This document shows positions 21,443-31,371 of a stretch of DNA of 64,000 nucleotides, one piece after another; positions within the stretch are counted from its first letter, which is position 1; each line of letters starts with the position of its first letter. The position numbers and the translations under genes were made by a program. This DNA comes from Acidobacteriota bacterium. GTDB taxonomy: Bacteria; Acidobacteriota; CAIWXX01. The stretch lies in NCBI GenBank assembly GCA_040755995.1, contig JBFMAF010000020.1:32001-96000 (forward strand), given 5' to 3'. The notes beneath the pieces are model-generated. The model made no database searches. It was not told the origin of the DNA and saw nothing but the letters and a program-made list of their open reading frames with translations.

Positions 21443-22639
21443 ATGTGTACAGGGCTCGTTACCGTTCCGCTGTTACTATCGCTGGCTGCACGATGCACCC
21501 CAGCGCAGGACATCGCACAACAAGCCGGACAGGTGTCGGCTCAGCCGGCGCCAGCACCTTCGCCGCAGACGTCGCAGGCTGCGCCGGTCAAGCCTTCGAT
21601 CGATCTGTACGGATTCATCGAGGCAGACCTCACGCACGACTCGAACAGCTCCGTTGTCGGCGGCAATGCGTCCGGTACCATCGAGAACAGCACCTTCGAT
21701 CTGTCCCTGCGAGCCACGCGCCTCGGATTCAAGTTCACAGGGCCGTCTGTGGTGCGGGCCTCGATAGGAGGCGCAGTGGAAGTCGACTTCAACACCGCCG
21801 GCAGCGGTCCGTCCTCGCCGTTCATCCGCATGCGGAAAGCATATTTCACGATGGATTGGGAGTCGAGCCGCACGGGCCTGCTCATCGGCCAGACGTGGGA
21901 TGTCATCGCTCCGCTCCAGCCTGACACAATCAGCTTCCCCACCGAGGTTTACACCGGAGACATCGGCTACCGCCGCCCGCAGATCAGGCTGTCGAAAGGC
22001 TTCGATATCGGGGGCGAGAAGTTCCTCACGCTGCAAACGGCCTTGGCGAAGACGGCGGGGGAGCTTGTAGAGCTGCCGCCGGCGACGGATACCCTGGCCA
22101 TGCCTGTCGTACAGGCGCGCGCTGCAGTCGATTTCCCGCTCGATGCGACACATACCGGCACCATTGGGCTCTTCGGCCATTGGGGCACCAAGGAGTTCCG
22201 GCTGGCTGGGCCTGAAGACAGGGTCCGGTTGTACTCGTGGAGCGCCGGTCTGGATTTCTTGCTGCCGGTATCGTCGATGGCCACTCTCCAGGGAGAAGCC
22301 TGGTACGGCGCCGCATTCGACCTCTACCAGCTGGGCCATCTGCTCAGCGTAGATCTGCGGACCGGTTGGCACGCCGCGGGCGGGTGGGGACAACTTACGA
22401 TCTTCCCGAGGCCTCGCCTGCGCATCAACTGCGGCCTCGGCTTCGATGATCCCCGGGACATCGAGGTTTCGCCCAGCCAACGAGACCTGGCGCTCACCGG
22501 ATTCGGCAATTTCTACTACGACCTCAACAAGCACATAGAAATGGGCATGGAAGTGTCGCTGTGGGGTGCCGAATTGCCCGGCGACGACAATCTCACCAAC
22601 AAGACGCGAATCCAGGCGACGTTCATGTACTATTTTTAG
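21443..22639 (+). CDS. DcaP-like outer membrane porin
   Basis: GGAGG RBS; LYGFIEAD, RATRLGF, EVDF, RMRKAY, LIGQTW, RRPQIR; C-terminal beta-signal RIQATFMYYF. Confidence 0.75.
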   Translation: MCTGLVTVPLLLSLAARCTPAQDIAQQAGQVSAQPAPAPSPQTSQAAPVKPSIDLYGFIEADLTHDSNSSVVGGNASGTIENSTFDLSLRATRLGFKFTGPSVVRASIGGAVEVDFNTAGSGPSSPFIRMRKAYFTMDWESSRTGLLIGQTWDVIAPLQPDTISFPTEVYTGDIGYRRPQIRLSKGFDIGGEKFLTLQTALAKTAGELVELPPATDTLAMPVVQARAAVDFPLDATHTGTIGLFGHWGTKEFRLAGPEDRVRLYSWSAGLDFLLPVSSMATLQGEAWYGAAFDLYQLGHLLSVDLRTGWHAAGGWGQLTIFPRPRLRINCGLGFDDPRDIEVSPSQRDLALTGFGNFYYDLNKHIEMGMEVSLWGAELPGDDNLTNKTRIQATFMYYF

Positions 22640-22693
22640 CGAGGCCGCGTTTCAGACCTGCGAGGCATATCACGGTCGCGGTCGTGCGGTCGC
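22637..22693 (+). repeat. Dispersed structured repeat, copy 1
   Basis: 32/39 identical to 57239-57277; begins with the stop codon TAG. Confidence 0.7.
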
Positions 22694-22694
22694 A

Positions 22695-22778
22695 AGACGG
22701 GAGACGGGAGACGCAAGACGGGAGACGGGAGACGGGAGATGGGAGAAGGAAGACGGAAAACGGGAGAAGGAAGACGGG
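22695..22778 (+). repeat. Heptamer tandem repeat (AGACGGG) x12, degenerate
   Basis: 12 consecutive 7-mers, 6 perfect AGACGGG. Confidence 0.9.
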
Positions 22779-22828
22779 CGAGCGCCGGGGCTGGCCGGCG
22801 CTCGACGGCATGGCAAAGGCAGGGGAGG

Positions 22829-24376
22829 TCAGTTCTTGTAGTTGTTGACTTCGTAGCTGCTGATTTCCCGCATCGTTTCTGATGGGTGGCGGGGGTTCTC
22901 TCCGTCGAAGTGCGTGTACTTGTAGTAGCCGCCCTCGTAGTATTCGCCGGTCTCCGTGTCGCGAGTCCCCCAGGGATCGGTAGCGTACACCTTGCCTCCC
23001 TCCATCTCGGAGACCCAGAACGACTGCCCGCGGCGATAGTCGTCCCACTTCGAGTCCATGAAGTCCTTGCGGGCCTGGCGCGCTTCCCATGCGGCCTGGT
23101 TGTCGTACCGGGCCTGGTTCAGCTCCTGCATCTTCTGCATCGTCTGCTGCTGGAGCCGACGGAGATTCGCCAATCCCTGCTGGATGTAATTCCTCGCGTA
23201 CTGGTCGCTGATCCCGTAGGAGCTCCCGATCTTCTCGAGCAAAGGCACATACCGTGGGAACTCGGCCTCCGGCGCCCAGAAGCCCGAGATGATGCTGAAC
23301 CACTGGCCCATGATCGACGGCGTCGCATTGATCATCTTGAATGCTCCGACGCAGCGTGCGCCTTGCGGGGACACATACCTGACCACCATGTCCTCGGCCT
23401 GGCACTGCCGTCCGACGTACGCCGGAAACGCGCGGATCGTATCGTTGTCCGGCTGGCTCTCCACAACCTGAACGTCGCGGTTCCCGTATCGCGAGAACAC
23501 CTGGCGGATGAAATCCGACGGTGCGCAGTATGGCGACACGAATACGCCGGCCGGCATCGCCACTCCGTAATTGCTCGGAAGCACCTCGACACTCGTGAAT
23601 ACGAATCCTGCACTGCCGTCGTGCGCCGCGGCGATCGTCCTGCCGCCGGTCGAGTGGAAGCTCCAATCGGCCGGGATGGCGATCGTGGCTGAGCCGTCTT
23701 GGGCACGGCGCTGAACCAGCGGCGTGTCTATGGGGCGTAGAGACGGGACAGCCGCTGCGTTGCCCGCATTCACAGGGCCGCTTGGGAATCTGAGGTTGGT
23801 CAGAATGTTGAGCAACATGTCACGCTGCTGCGCAAGCTCGGCCGTGGGCGCGCAGTATCCTATGATCGACACGTACTGCGGCTCAGCGGAGAAGTAGTAT
23901 TTCCCGCTCACAGCAACCCCATTGCGGGTGTACGAGACCGATGCCACGGACTTCGCGCGGTCCGGCGACGCGTACAGCTCAGACAGTTCCAGATCCCGGC
24001 ATCTCGATCTCACGGTCTGCGAGAACATGGCGATCAGGCGCACGGAATCCGTCGTGCTCTGCGCATTCGGGGCGTAAAAGAACTCAACCAGCGACGTCCC
24101 TGCCGGGCTCGCGGCCACCACGTACAGCGAGTTGCGATCTCCTTCCTGCTGCACGATCCAGCCCGCGGGCTTGTAGAGACTGTACAGGCCGTCCGGCGAG
24201 GCGTACTCATGCAGCCCATGAGGGTCGCGGCTGGTCGCACTGCAGCCGCCCAGCGCGAACAAGAATGAGGCGCATACCGCCAGGACATCGGGTGAGCGGG
24301 CGATCCCCTTTGCCCCCGCTTGGTGGGACGCTGAGGCACGTTGAGATGCCTCGTCTGTTGCTCTGAACATCGTCAT
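22829..24376 (-). CDS. Hypothetical lipoprotein with two PsbP-like domains and a helical Gln/Arg-rich C-terminus
   Basis: Long ORF with lipobox-like LFALGGC; DG.YSLYKPAGW and DGSATIAIPADW repeats; start uncertain. Confidence 0.7.
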   Translation of the reverse strand: MTMFRATDEASQRASASHQAGAKGIARSPDVLAVCASFLFALGGCSATSRDPHGLHEYASPDGLYSLYKPAGWIVQQEGDRNSLYVVAASPAGTSLVEFFYAPNAQSTTDSVRLIAMFSQTVRSRCRDLELSELYASPDRAKSVASVSYTRNGVAVSGKYYFSAEPQYVSIIGYCAPTAELAQQRDMLLNILTNLRFPSGPVNAGNAAAVPSLRPIDTPLVQRRAQDGSATIAIPADWSFHSTGGRTIAAAHDGSAGFVFTSVEVLPSNYGVAMPAGVFVSPYCAPSDFIRQVFSRYGNRDVQVVESQPDNDTIRAFPAYVGRQCQAEDMVVRYVSPQGARCVGAFKMINATPSIMGQWFSIISGFWAPEAEFPRYVPLLEKIGSSYGISDQYARNYIQQGLANLRRLQQQTMQKMQELNQARYDNQAAWEARQARKDFMDSKWDDYRRGQSFWVSEMEGGKVYATDPWGTRDTETGEYYEGGYYKYTHFDGENPRHPSETMREISSYEVNNYKN

Positions 24377-24781
24377 GCGTGGCCTACCTTTCATCAATGC
24401 TCCCACTGGTCAACGCGAGGGCCCGGGAAGGAAACGATCATTCGCCGGGCGAGATGTGACCGGCGTCACGCGGCTGATTGTGTCCGAGAGCCCCGATTCT
24501 GCCGCAGCCGGCGTCCTTGTTCGCTTGCGCGAGAAGGATGGGGAATGAACGGGTACGGGCACGACTCGGTAGCCGCGGCCAGGCCCTCGCCGGATTCGTC
24601 AAGCACCCGTAGATTCCGGCTGGCGAGTCGGGCGTATTTCTGCTAGATTAGAGTTCGCGCTCGTGCAACCGAGATGGGAGCGGGACTGTCTGAAGGTGAA
24701 AGTTATCAGATTGACGCCGGATGAAGCCACTGCATCCGAGGGACAAGCGCCTCTCCATACTCGCGCGCACCGAATGAAAGT

Positions 24782-25570
24782 ATGAGCAAGCAGAGGCCGA
24801 ACAACATCAAACAGGTGGAGATCTCCGGGGCCGAGGAAGAGCCGGCTGAACGTGCGGCCGGTCTGGATACCGCCCCCACGGCCGAAGAGGACGCGGCGGC
24901 TGCGACGGAGAAGGACACGCCGGCAGGCGACGACCCGAACGCGACGGCTCCCGCCGGCGGTGCACCGGACAGTGATGAAGCCGAGGCGGAGGACGTTGAG
25001 GGACAAGAGATGTCCTCTCCTCCTGCTGCTCCGAGTCAGCCGGAAGATGATTCCGCTGAATACTGGGAAGAGGATGAGGAAACGATCCCAGAGGAGCCCC
25101 CGGCTCATATTCGTCTTCTGGTCTGGCTCGGCACCGGCCTCCTGCTCATAGCCGTCGTTGCCGGCGCGTTTTGGGTCTACCACCGGCTGGCCGCGAGAGA
25201 GGGTCCCCCGGCTGCATACGGGCATTCTGAAGGACAAGGTGCCTCTGCGAGCACCCCCACCCACTTCCAGCCACTGCTCGGGAGATGGGTCCGCTCGGAC
25301 GGCGGGCATGTGCTGGAGATCCGAAGTATCGGCCCCGATGGACAGATGGACGCCAGCTACTACGATCCGGACAGCATCTACTTGTCGAAGGCAGAAGCAT
25401 ACAGAGAGGGGTCAGACCTCAAGGTTTTCGTCGAGCTGCGCGATATGGACTACCCCGGTTGCACGTACACACTGACGTACAATCGTCAAGGAGACCGACT
25501 CGATGGCGTTTACTTCCAGGCGATGATCCACGGGTATATCGACGCGCGCTTCGACCGAGAACGCAAGTAG
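24782..25570 (+). CDS. Hypothetical bitopic membrane protein (acidic disordered N-terminus, one TM helix, beta C-domain)
   Basis: D/E/P/A-rich N-half; LLVWLGTGLLLIAVVAGAFWVY; LLGRWVRSDGG...YPGCTYTLTY. Confidence 0.75.
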   Translation: MSKQRPNNIKQVEISGAEEEPAERAAGLDTAPTAEEDAAAATEKDTPAGDDPNATAPAGGAPDSDEAEAEDVEGQEMSSPPAAPSQPEDDSAEYWEEDEETIPEEPPAHIRLLVWLGTGLLLIAVVAGAFWVYHRLAAREGPPAAYGHSEGQGASASTPTHFQPLLGRWVRSDGGHVLEIRSIGPDGQMDASYYDPDSIYLSKAEAYREGSDLKVFVELRDMDYPGCTYTLTYNRQGDRLDGVYFQAMIHGYIDARFDRERK

Positions 25571-25606
25571 AGGACGCTCCGTCTCCCACTCTCCACTCTT
25601 TGCGCG

Positions 25607-25656
25607 AGGCGCGGCCAGAGCCGCTTGGCGTGCTTTATCGATCAGAGGCCGCGCCT
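25607..25656. terminator. Hairpin between convergent genes
   Basis: AGGCGCGGCC...GGCCGCGCCT 10-bp stem. Confidence 0.4.
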
Positions 25657-25658
25657 GG

Positions 25659-28600
25659 CTAAAACATCTGCCACAGTCCGAAGACGAAGCGGTAGCGGTT
25701 GTCCTCGGGCTGGGGATTCACAGTCAGGGCGTAATCGAGCCTGAAGACCGAGTACGGCGTTCCGAACCTGAGGCCGATCCCGTAGCAGCTCCTCAGATCC
25801 AGGGGCCGGAAGTTCCGAACGAATTGGAACACGTTGCCTGCGTCGTGGAAGACGACTCCACGGATAGAGAAGCTCTCCGAGATCTGCCGGATCGGGAAGC
25901 GGACCTCCTGGTTGTAGACCACGAACGCGCGCCCGCCGGCGGCCCTTTTCGGGTTGAACGGCGATCGTGGTCCCAGGAGTTCTTCATCGAAGCTGCGCAC
26001 AGTAGAGCTCCCGCCCAGGTAGAACGCGTCGGATTCGAGCAGCAGCTCGCCGTAGGTGTCCATCACACCGGCACGGTTGTTGATTGCGAACGTAATGCCG
26101 CGGAACGGCGTGTAGTACAGTGCAAGCTGTGCGCTGGACTTGAGCAGCCGCAGATCGGAGCCGAGGGCAGTCGGGTGGTATTCGACGGTGATGCTGCCGA
26201 AGAGCCCTCGCTTTGCATCCAGCGGATCATCTCGAAGCTCGGCGATGAAGCTCGTCCCGATCCGCGCCCGGTTCACATCGAACTGCAGCGGCTCGCCGCC
26301 GGGGAACAACGGTGGCACCGTCAGACGCGTCTTCTTGTAGTTGTAGAAGTACTGCAGCCTGTATCGTTGGCGGACCTTGTGCTCCACCTGAAAGCTTGCG
26401 CCGTACAGGTTCTGCAACGAGATATCGTCGTCGATCCGCGTCCGGTAAAGCAGCGCGGTCGTGGTCGCTTTCCTGCGGAAGAAGTAGGGGAGGGTGAGCA
26501 TCAATCGGTAGTCGCGCTCCTTGCGGCTCTGTCGTGTAAAGACACCGGCATCAATGCCTCTACCAAAGAGGTTCACGTTGTGCAGCTCGAACTCGGCATC
26601 CACACCCCCGGGGTTCTGGGTGTTCTCGGTGCCGGCTATCTTTCCTTCGGTGCTGTAGCGCATGGTGGAGGCGAACTGGTAGACGTCATGTTCGATCAGC
26701 GAGACGCGGACGTCGACCAGGCCTCGTTCCTTGTCGGTGGCCTCGGGGTAGATGCGAACACTCCGGAAGACGAACAAGTCGTATAGTCTCCGTTGCGACT
26801 CGATCAGCTTCTTGTAATCGAACACGTCGCCCGCCTGGAACGTGAGCTGGCGAATTACCAGGCCGGAGTTGGTGGTTCGGATGCCGTCGATGACGATTCG
26901 CCGGATCCGGAGCCTGCCCTTCTCGGAGTTGAGAGGCGCCTCTCCAAGGGTGATCGGTGGCCGCGCGGCCCTGGGTGTTCTCAGGTTGAATCCGAGCCCG
27001 TACGTCACGCTGCCCACGTACGACGCGTCGTCGAGCCGGCTCGCCGCGAAACTGACGTTCCGGTTCAGCTGGTATTCCAGCTTCCAGTAGTATCTCTCCG
27101 TGTTCGATAGCTCCGGCGAATACTGGAAGAAGAATCCATGGCCAAGATCCTTGCCGATCACCACACGAGCCACCGGCTGGTTGGTCACGGTGGAGATCTC
27201 GTTGGCCCGAATATCGAACTGATCGATCCCCAGTTGGCGGCCAATCGCCGGGAGGATGATGTTGCCGACCCCTCCCCCCAGGAAACGGGCCATCTGGTTC
27301 TTGAAGTCGTCCTTCGTGTATGCCGCACCCTCTCCGATTAGTTGCCCCGTCAGCAGCAGAGAGACGATCTGGGTTTCGGAGAGCGGGGATATGCTTGTGT
27401 CCCTCAGGACCGGATTCAAGTCCGACAGCTGCCCGCCCAGGTCTACCGCTATGGTGTGCTCGGTCTGCGGACCCTCGCGGGCTCTGCCTCTCGCCTCAGG
27501 AACTCGCACCGAGACCGTAGCTTTCACGTCGAACCGCGGGTCGAAGACAGCGTCGCCGAGGAACGAGAGGCTGCTGCCTTCCAGCACCTGATAGCTCCTC
27601 CCCTGGAAGAAAAATGTCCCCTTCGGCATCGTCCTCACCTGGCCGAGTGGCAATGGGTTCTCTACAGTGCCCTGGATCGCCAGGTCCCCTTGCAGGCGCA
27701 AGTCCGCCATGTTGTTCCGAATGCGGATGTCTCCGACAGGGGAGAGCCGGACGTCCAGCTTGAGATCCTTGAATGGAGGCGCAGCCTGTTCGGTGGGCTT
27801 CTTCTTGAGCCCCGCGAGTATCTGCTTCTGGAGACCGATGTTCTTGCGATACTCGCCGTTCCTCAGCCAGACATCGCCCTCGAGAATATAGCCCTCTTCG
27901 GGGGCGCGGTGCACGCGCAGCAGTCCTTCCAGCGTGCCGCGCAGCCCGTCCGGAAAGAACACGCCGCAGTTGTCGAATGCGACATCCATGGACAGGTCCG
28001 AGAGCTGCGTTCCCTGAAGGCGTGCGCGGCCCGAGAGCTCGGATGTGCCGCCGTTCAGCGCTCCCGTGAAATCTCCCTTGAGCTGCCCCGCCGTCACGTT
28101 GAGACCGCCCGCAACCGAGGAGATTTCCAAACGCCCGCCGAGAAACGTAGCCGACCCGGCTTCGATCGTCAGCCCACCGCTGGTCTGAAGCGGCTTCGGC
28201 GGCTCTGCCAATGGATCGGCGTCGATCGTGAGCTCCAGCCTGCTCTTCCCGCCGAACCGCGCGTTCGGCACGAAGTCCTGCAGTATGCGATTCTCGGCCG
28301 AAGCCCGGAGCGACGCGTGAAGGCCGTCCCCCTGCCGGCCGAGCGACATCCTAAAATCCCCCGAGAGTTCCAGGCCGTCCCCGGACAGGTGAGCTCCATC
28401 GATGGTCAATAGGTCGCCGTGCTTCGAGAGCTTCCACGGTCCGGCCGGACTCGTCAGCGTCCTGTTCCGCGTCTTCAACCGGGCATCGGCAATCTCACCG
28501 TCGAGGGTGATGGCCGAGAGCGACTGCAGGTTGCCGGTCATCGCGAGATCGATGTCGGTCGTGAAGGAGGCCGAGTCACGCACCTTCTGGGGGATGAGAT

Positions 28601-31265
28601 CACCCGCCTCGGCGCTGCCCACGGATCGCATCTCGATCTTCAAATCCACGCCTGAGCCCGTGTCCTGGAGACCCAACGGAAGCGCCTCCAGCGGGACGAC
28701 GCCCGATACTCCGAAGGTCCCGCTCCGCAGTCTCCCTCCGACTCCCTCCAGAGTGATGAGAGTGCCGTCGAGTCGCAGCGTGCCGCTGGTGTCGAGAACC
28801 GGAAACGGCAGCCTGGGATGCTCGATCGACGCGTCGTTCAGGGCGAAGGACCCGGTCGCGGTCAGGGCGGATATCGCGCCGCTCAACACGGCCTCCCCGC
28901 TTACCGTGCCGCCGAGCTTGAGCCCCGGCGACAGGATTTCGAGCGGTTGCAGGCTGGCAACCCCGTCGACGCGCAAGTCGGCTTCGCCGCCGGCGGATAG
29001 CGGCAGTGTCCCGCAAAGATCCAGCTCCTGCCCGGGACCAATCATCCTGAACTGCTCGAATTCGACCGCCTCCGGCGTCACCTCCACCGACACCAACCCA
29101 TCGCTGCGGAGATCCACGCCGGCCGTCTTGTACCCCAGACTGTCGAGTCCGATTCGCACGTTGGAGGATCGGGGGTTCTCCAGACTTACGTTACCATCGA
29201 CTTGCCCGGACGCTAATACCTGAGTCGTGGGGTGCTTCTGGTAGAGAGTGAGGATCTGCGAGACGGGGAGGCTCGTGAAGCTGCCCGTGAGGTGAAGCGG
29301 ATACGGGCTCGCAAACGTCAGGCGAGCGGTGCCGGCGAGATCGTGGTCGCGGGCTCGATAGTCCGCCGAGAACTCGCGCGAGTCCAGCAGGAAGCCCCCC
29401 CGGAACGACTGCGATGTCGTCTGCGATGTCGCAAGCCTGTCGATAAGGAAATCGCCGGAAAACGATGGATCGTCGAGAACTCCTTCGCCGCGCGCGGTGA
29501 GCCCCAGCGTGCCCGCCTCGGCTACGGGAGAGATGCTGTGCAGATCCAGAGACTCGCAGACCACGGAGGCGGTGAGCCGCCCGCCGTCAATCTCGGCGCG
29601 GCCCGAGACCGTGCCGCCGTAAGCGCGGCCGCGAACGTCGGAGACGTCGACGCGACCGCCGTCAACCGAGAGGGTCCCGCCGAGCTCGGAGACCGACATG
29701 CCCTTGAAGCCGATCCGCGGCGCACGAAACGTGCCGATAAGCCGCCGCCAGCTCCCCTCGCACCGCCCGGTGAAGACCAGCGATCCCGCCAGGTCGCGCA
29801 GGGACTCGGGCAGGCCCGGGGTCCACTTGCGGAGCTCGCCCATGAACCCTCTCACGTTTACTACTCTTGTAGTAACCTTCAGGTCCGTGGCACCGGATGC
29901 GACGACTCCCTCCACCTGCAGCGATGTCCCGCCGCCGACATCGAGCTCGGAGGGCATGAACGTGAGACTGCCGTTCTCGTATGCAGCCTCGAATTGCCCG
30001 CCCAACGACACGTCTCGCGGCCCGGCCTTCAACGGCTCCAGATCTATCTTCCCCTGGGCGGAGCCGGCTCGGAGCCCCGAGCGGCCCCATGACGCGTCGA
30101 GCCTTCCTCCGGCCGCCGTGGCCAGTCCGACTGGGAGATGTGACTGGATAGGCGGAAGAAGGCGTGGGTCGATTTCGCTGAAAGTGACTGAGGCACGATT
30201 GCGGCCCGGGCTGAGAGAGACGTCTCCGGCCGCCCGCCCACCTCCGAGCCGGGCCGTGACCTTCGCCGTGGTCCTGCCCTTGGTCGAGGCAGTCGCTTCG
30301 ATGCGACAGTCTCGCAAGTCGACCGCCGCAACCCGCAATGCGTCTGACGAAGCGCTAAGGGCGACCGCCCCGGCTGGGACGTCCAGCTCCGCCCGGAACG
30401 ACGCCGCGCCGTTGATGCCCCCGTGCTCCTTCAACGACACCTCCGGAAGCCACCGCTCCAGAGCCTCCAGATGCACCTCCCCATCCGCCTCGAACTTCGG
30501 TGCCTGCGGATCGATCCTCTGATCGGTCAGCCTCACGACAAGCCCATCGGTGTCGAACTCGAAGCGGTTGACCAAGAGCGGATCGGCGAGAACGGCGCTC
30601 AGTCGCGCGGCCCCCTGGATCTCGTGCCCACGAAACGCACTGCGGCACGACGGCGATGAAAGGGTCAATGTATACGGCGATCCCGAGCGCAGGTCGGCGG
30701 TAATGCGATGCATCTCCACAGACATGCCGGTCTTCTGGTCGGAGTAGTGCACCGTTCCGTCCACCACGGAAACGGACCGAAGCCTGACCACCTGCTTGCC
30801 GGTGTGGCCGGCCCGCTGAGGGCCGAGATCGGGAATCCGAAAGTTGCCATCCGAGTCGCGCACGATCGTGAAGACCGGCGTGTCGAGACTGGCATCGATC
30901 ACCGGTCCCCACCCCGAGATGTTCAGGTCCGCCGAGGCGGTCCGCGCGCGCAGCAACTCCATCCCCTTGTACGACAACCGCAGATCCTGCATCACCACCC
31001 GGAACTCCCACGGGTCGAAATCGGTCGAACCGACCTCCAGCACCAGCCCCATCGACTTCAACAGGCGCGGCAAGACGATATGGGGAATTACGATCAGCCA
31101 CGCGAACAAGGCTATCGCGCCGGCCGTTCCAGCAACGGCCGCCGCATACACCACTACCTTGCCGGCACGGCCAAGGATGTGCCGCCTTTTCACTTGAGAG
31201 AGTATATCCGATGAGAGGCCGAGGACGTGAGGATCCGGCCTTCTACGGCGGCCCGGCCTGGGCAC
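25659..31265 (-). CDS. TamB/AsmA-like protein fused to POTRA + Omp85 (TamA/BamA) barrel
   Basis: N-terminal TM helix, long beta-taco region, DUF490-like region (DLRLQGDL.IQGT..NP, FDPRFDVKA, LSETQIVSLLLTG), one POTRA, NLFGRG, FYLGGSSTVRSF, GIGLRFGTP...RLDYA, terminal F. Confidence 0.88.
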   Translation of the reverse strand: MPRPGRRRRPDPHVLGLSSDILSQVKRRHILGRAGKVVVYAAAVAGTAGAIALFAWLIVIPHIVLPRLLKSMGLVLEVGSTDFDPWEFRVVMQDLRLSYKGMELLRARTASADLNISGWGPVIDASLDTPVFTIVRDSDGNFRIPDLGPQRAGHTGKQVVRLRSVSVVDGTVHYSDQKTGMSVEMHRITADLRSGSPYTLTLSSPSCRSAFRGHEIQGAARLSAVLADPLLVNRFEFDTDGLVVRLTDQRIDPQAPKFEADGEVHLEALERWLPEVSLKEHGGINGAASFRAELDVPAGAVALSASSDALRVAAVDLRDCRIEATASTKGRTTAKVTARLGGGRAAGDVSLSPGRNRASVTFSEIDPRLLPPIQSHLPVGLATAAGGRLDASWGRSGLRAGSAQGKIDLEPLKAGPRDVSLGGQFEAAYENGSLTFMPSELDVGGGTSLQVEGVVASGATDLKVTTRVVNVRGFMGELRKWTPGLPESLRDLAGSLVFTGRCEGSWRRLIGTFRAPRIGFKGMSVSELGGTLSVDGGRVDVSDVRGRAYGGTVSGRAEIDGGRLTASVVCESLDLHSISPVAEAGTLGLTARGEGVLDDPSFSGDFLIDRLATSQTTSQSFRGGFLLDSREFSADYRARDHDLAGTARLTFASPYPLHLTGSFTSLPVSQILTLYQKHPTTQVLASGQVDGNVSLENPRSSNVRIGLDSLGYKTAGVDLRSDGLVSVEVTPEAVEFEQFRMIGPGQELDLCGTLPLSAGGEADLRVDGVASLQPLEILSPGLKLGGTVSGEAVLSGAISALTATGSFALNDASIEHPRLPFPVLDTSGTLRLDGTLITLEGVGGRLRSGTFGVSGVVPLEALPLGLQDTGSGVDLKIEMRSVGSAEAGDLIPQKVRDSASFTTDIDLAMTGNLQSLSAITLDGEIADARLKTRNRTLTSPAGPWKLSKHGDLLTIDGAHLSGDGLELSGDFRMSLGRQGDGLHASLRASAENRILQDFVPNARFGGKSRLELTIDADPLAEPPKPLQTSGGLTIEAGSATFLGGRLEISSVAGGLNVTAGQLKGDFTGALNGGTSELSGRARLQGTQLSDLSMDVAFDNCGVFFPDGLRGTLEGLLRVHRAPEEGYILEGDVWLRNGEYRKNIGLQKQILAGLKKKPTEQAAPPFKDLKLDVRLSPVGDIRIRNNMADLRLQGDLAIQGTVENPLPLGQVRTMPKGTFFFQGRSYQVLEGSSLSFLGDAVFDPRFDVKATVSVRVPEARGRAREGPQTEHTIAVDLGGQLSDLNPVLRDTSISPLSETQIVSLLLTGQLIGEGAAYTKDDFKNQMARFLGGGVGNIILPAIGRQLGIDQFDIRANEISTVTNQPVARVVIGKDLGHGFFFQYSPELSNTERYYWKLEYQLNRNVSFAASRLDDASYVGSVTYGLGFNLRTPRAARPPITLGEAPLNSEKGRLRIRRIVIDGIRTTNSGLVIRQLTFQAGDVFDYKKLIESQRRLYDLFVFRSVRIYPEATDKERGLVDVRVSLIEHDVYQFASTMRYSTEGKIAGTENTQNPGGVDAEFELHNVNLFGRGIDAGVFTRQSRKERDYRLMLTLPYFFRRKATTTALLYRTRIDDDISLQNLYGASFQVEHKVRQRYRLQYFYNYKKTRLTVPPLFPGGEPLQFDVNRARIGTSFIAELRDDPLDAKRGLFGSITVEYHPTALGSDLRLLKSSAQLALYYTPFRGITFAINNRAGVMDTYGELLLESDAFYLGGSSTVRSFDEELLGPRSPFNPKRAAGGRAFVVYNQEVRFPIRQISESFSIRGVVFHDAGNVFQFVRNFRPLDLRSCYGIGLRFGTPYSVFRLDYALTVNPQPEDNRYRFVFGLWQMF

Positions 31266-31371
31266 TCGCGGAAATCAACTGATTGAGTTCGCGCGGCGAA
31301 CCGAGGTCCTTCCGGCACCAGGCTTTCGGCGCGGTGCCCGCGCGGGCTCGCGTGTTGGATGGCGAAACCTG

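Noticed and set aside
22695..22778. CRISPR array
   Set aside because: 7-bp tandem units with no spacers, and no cas genes in the window
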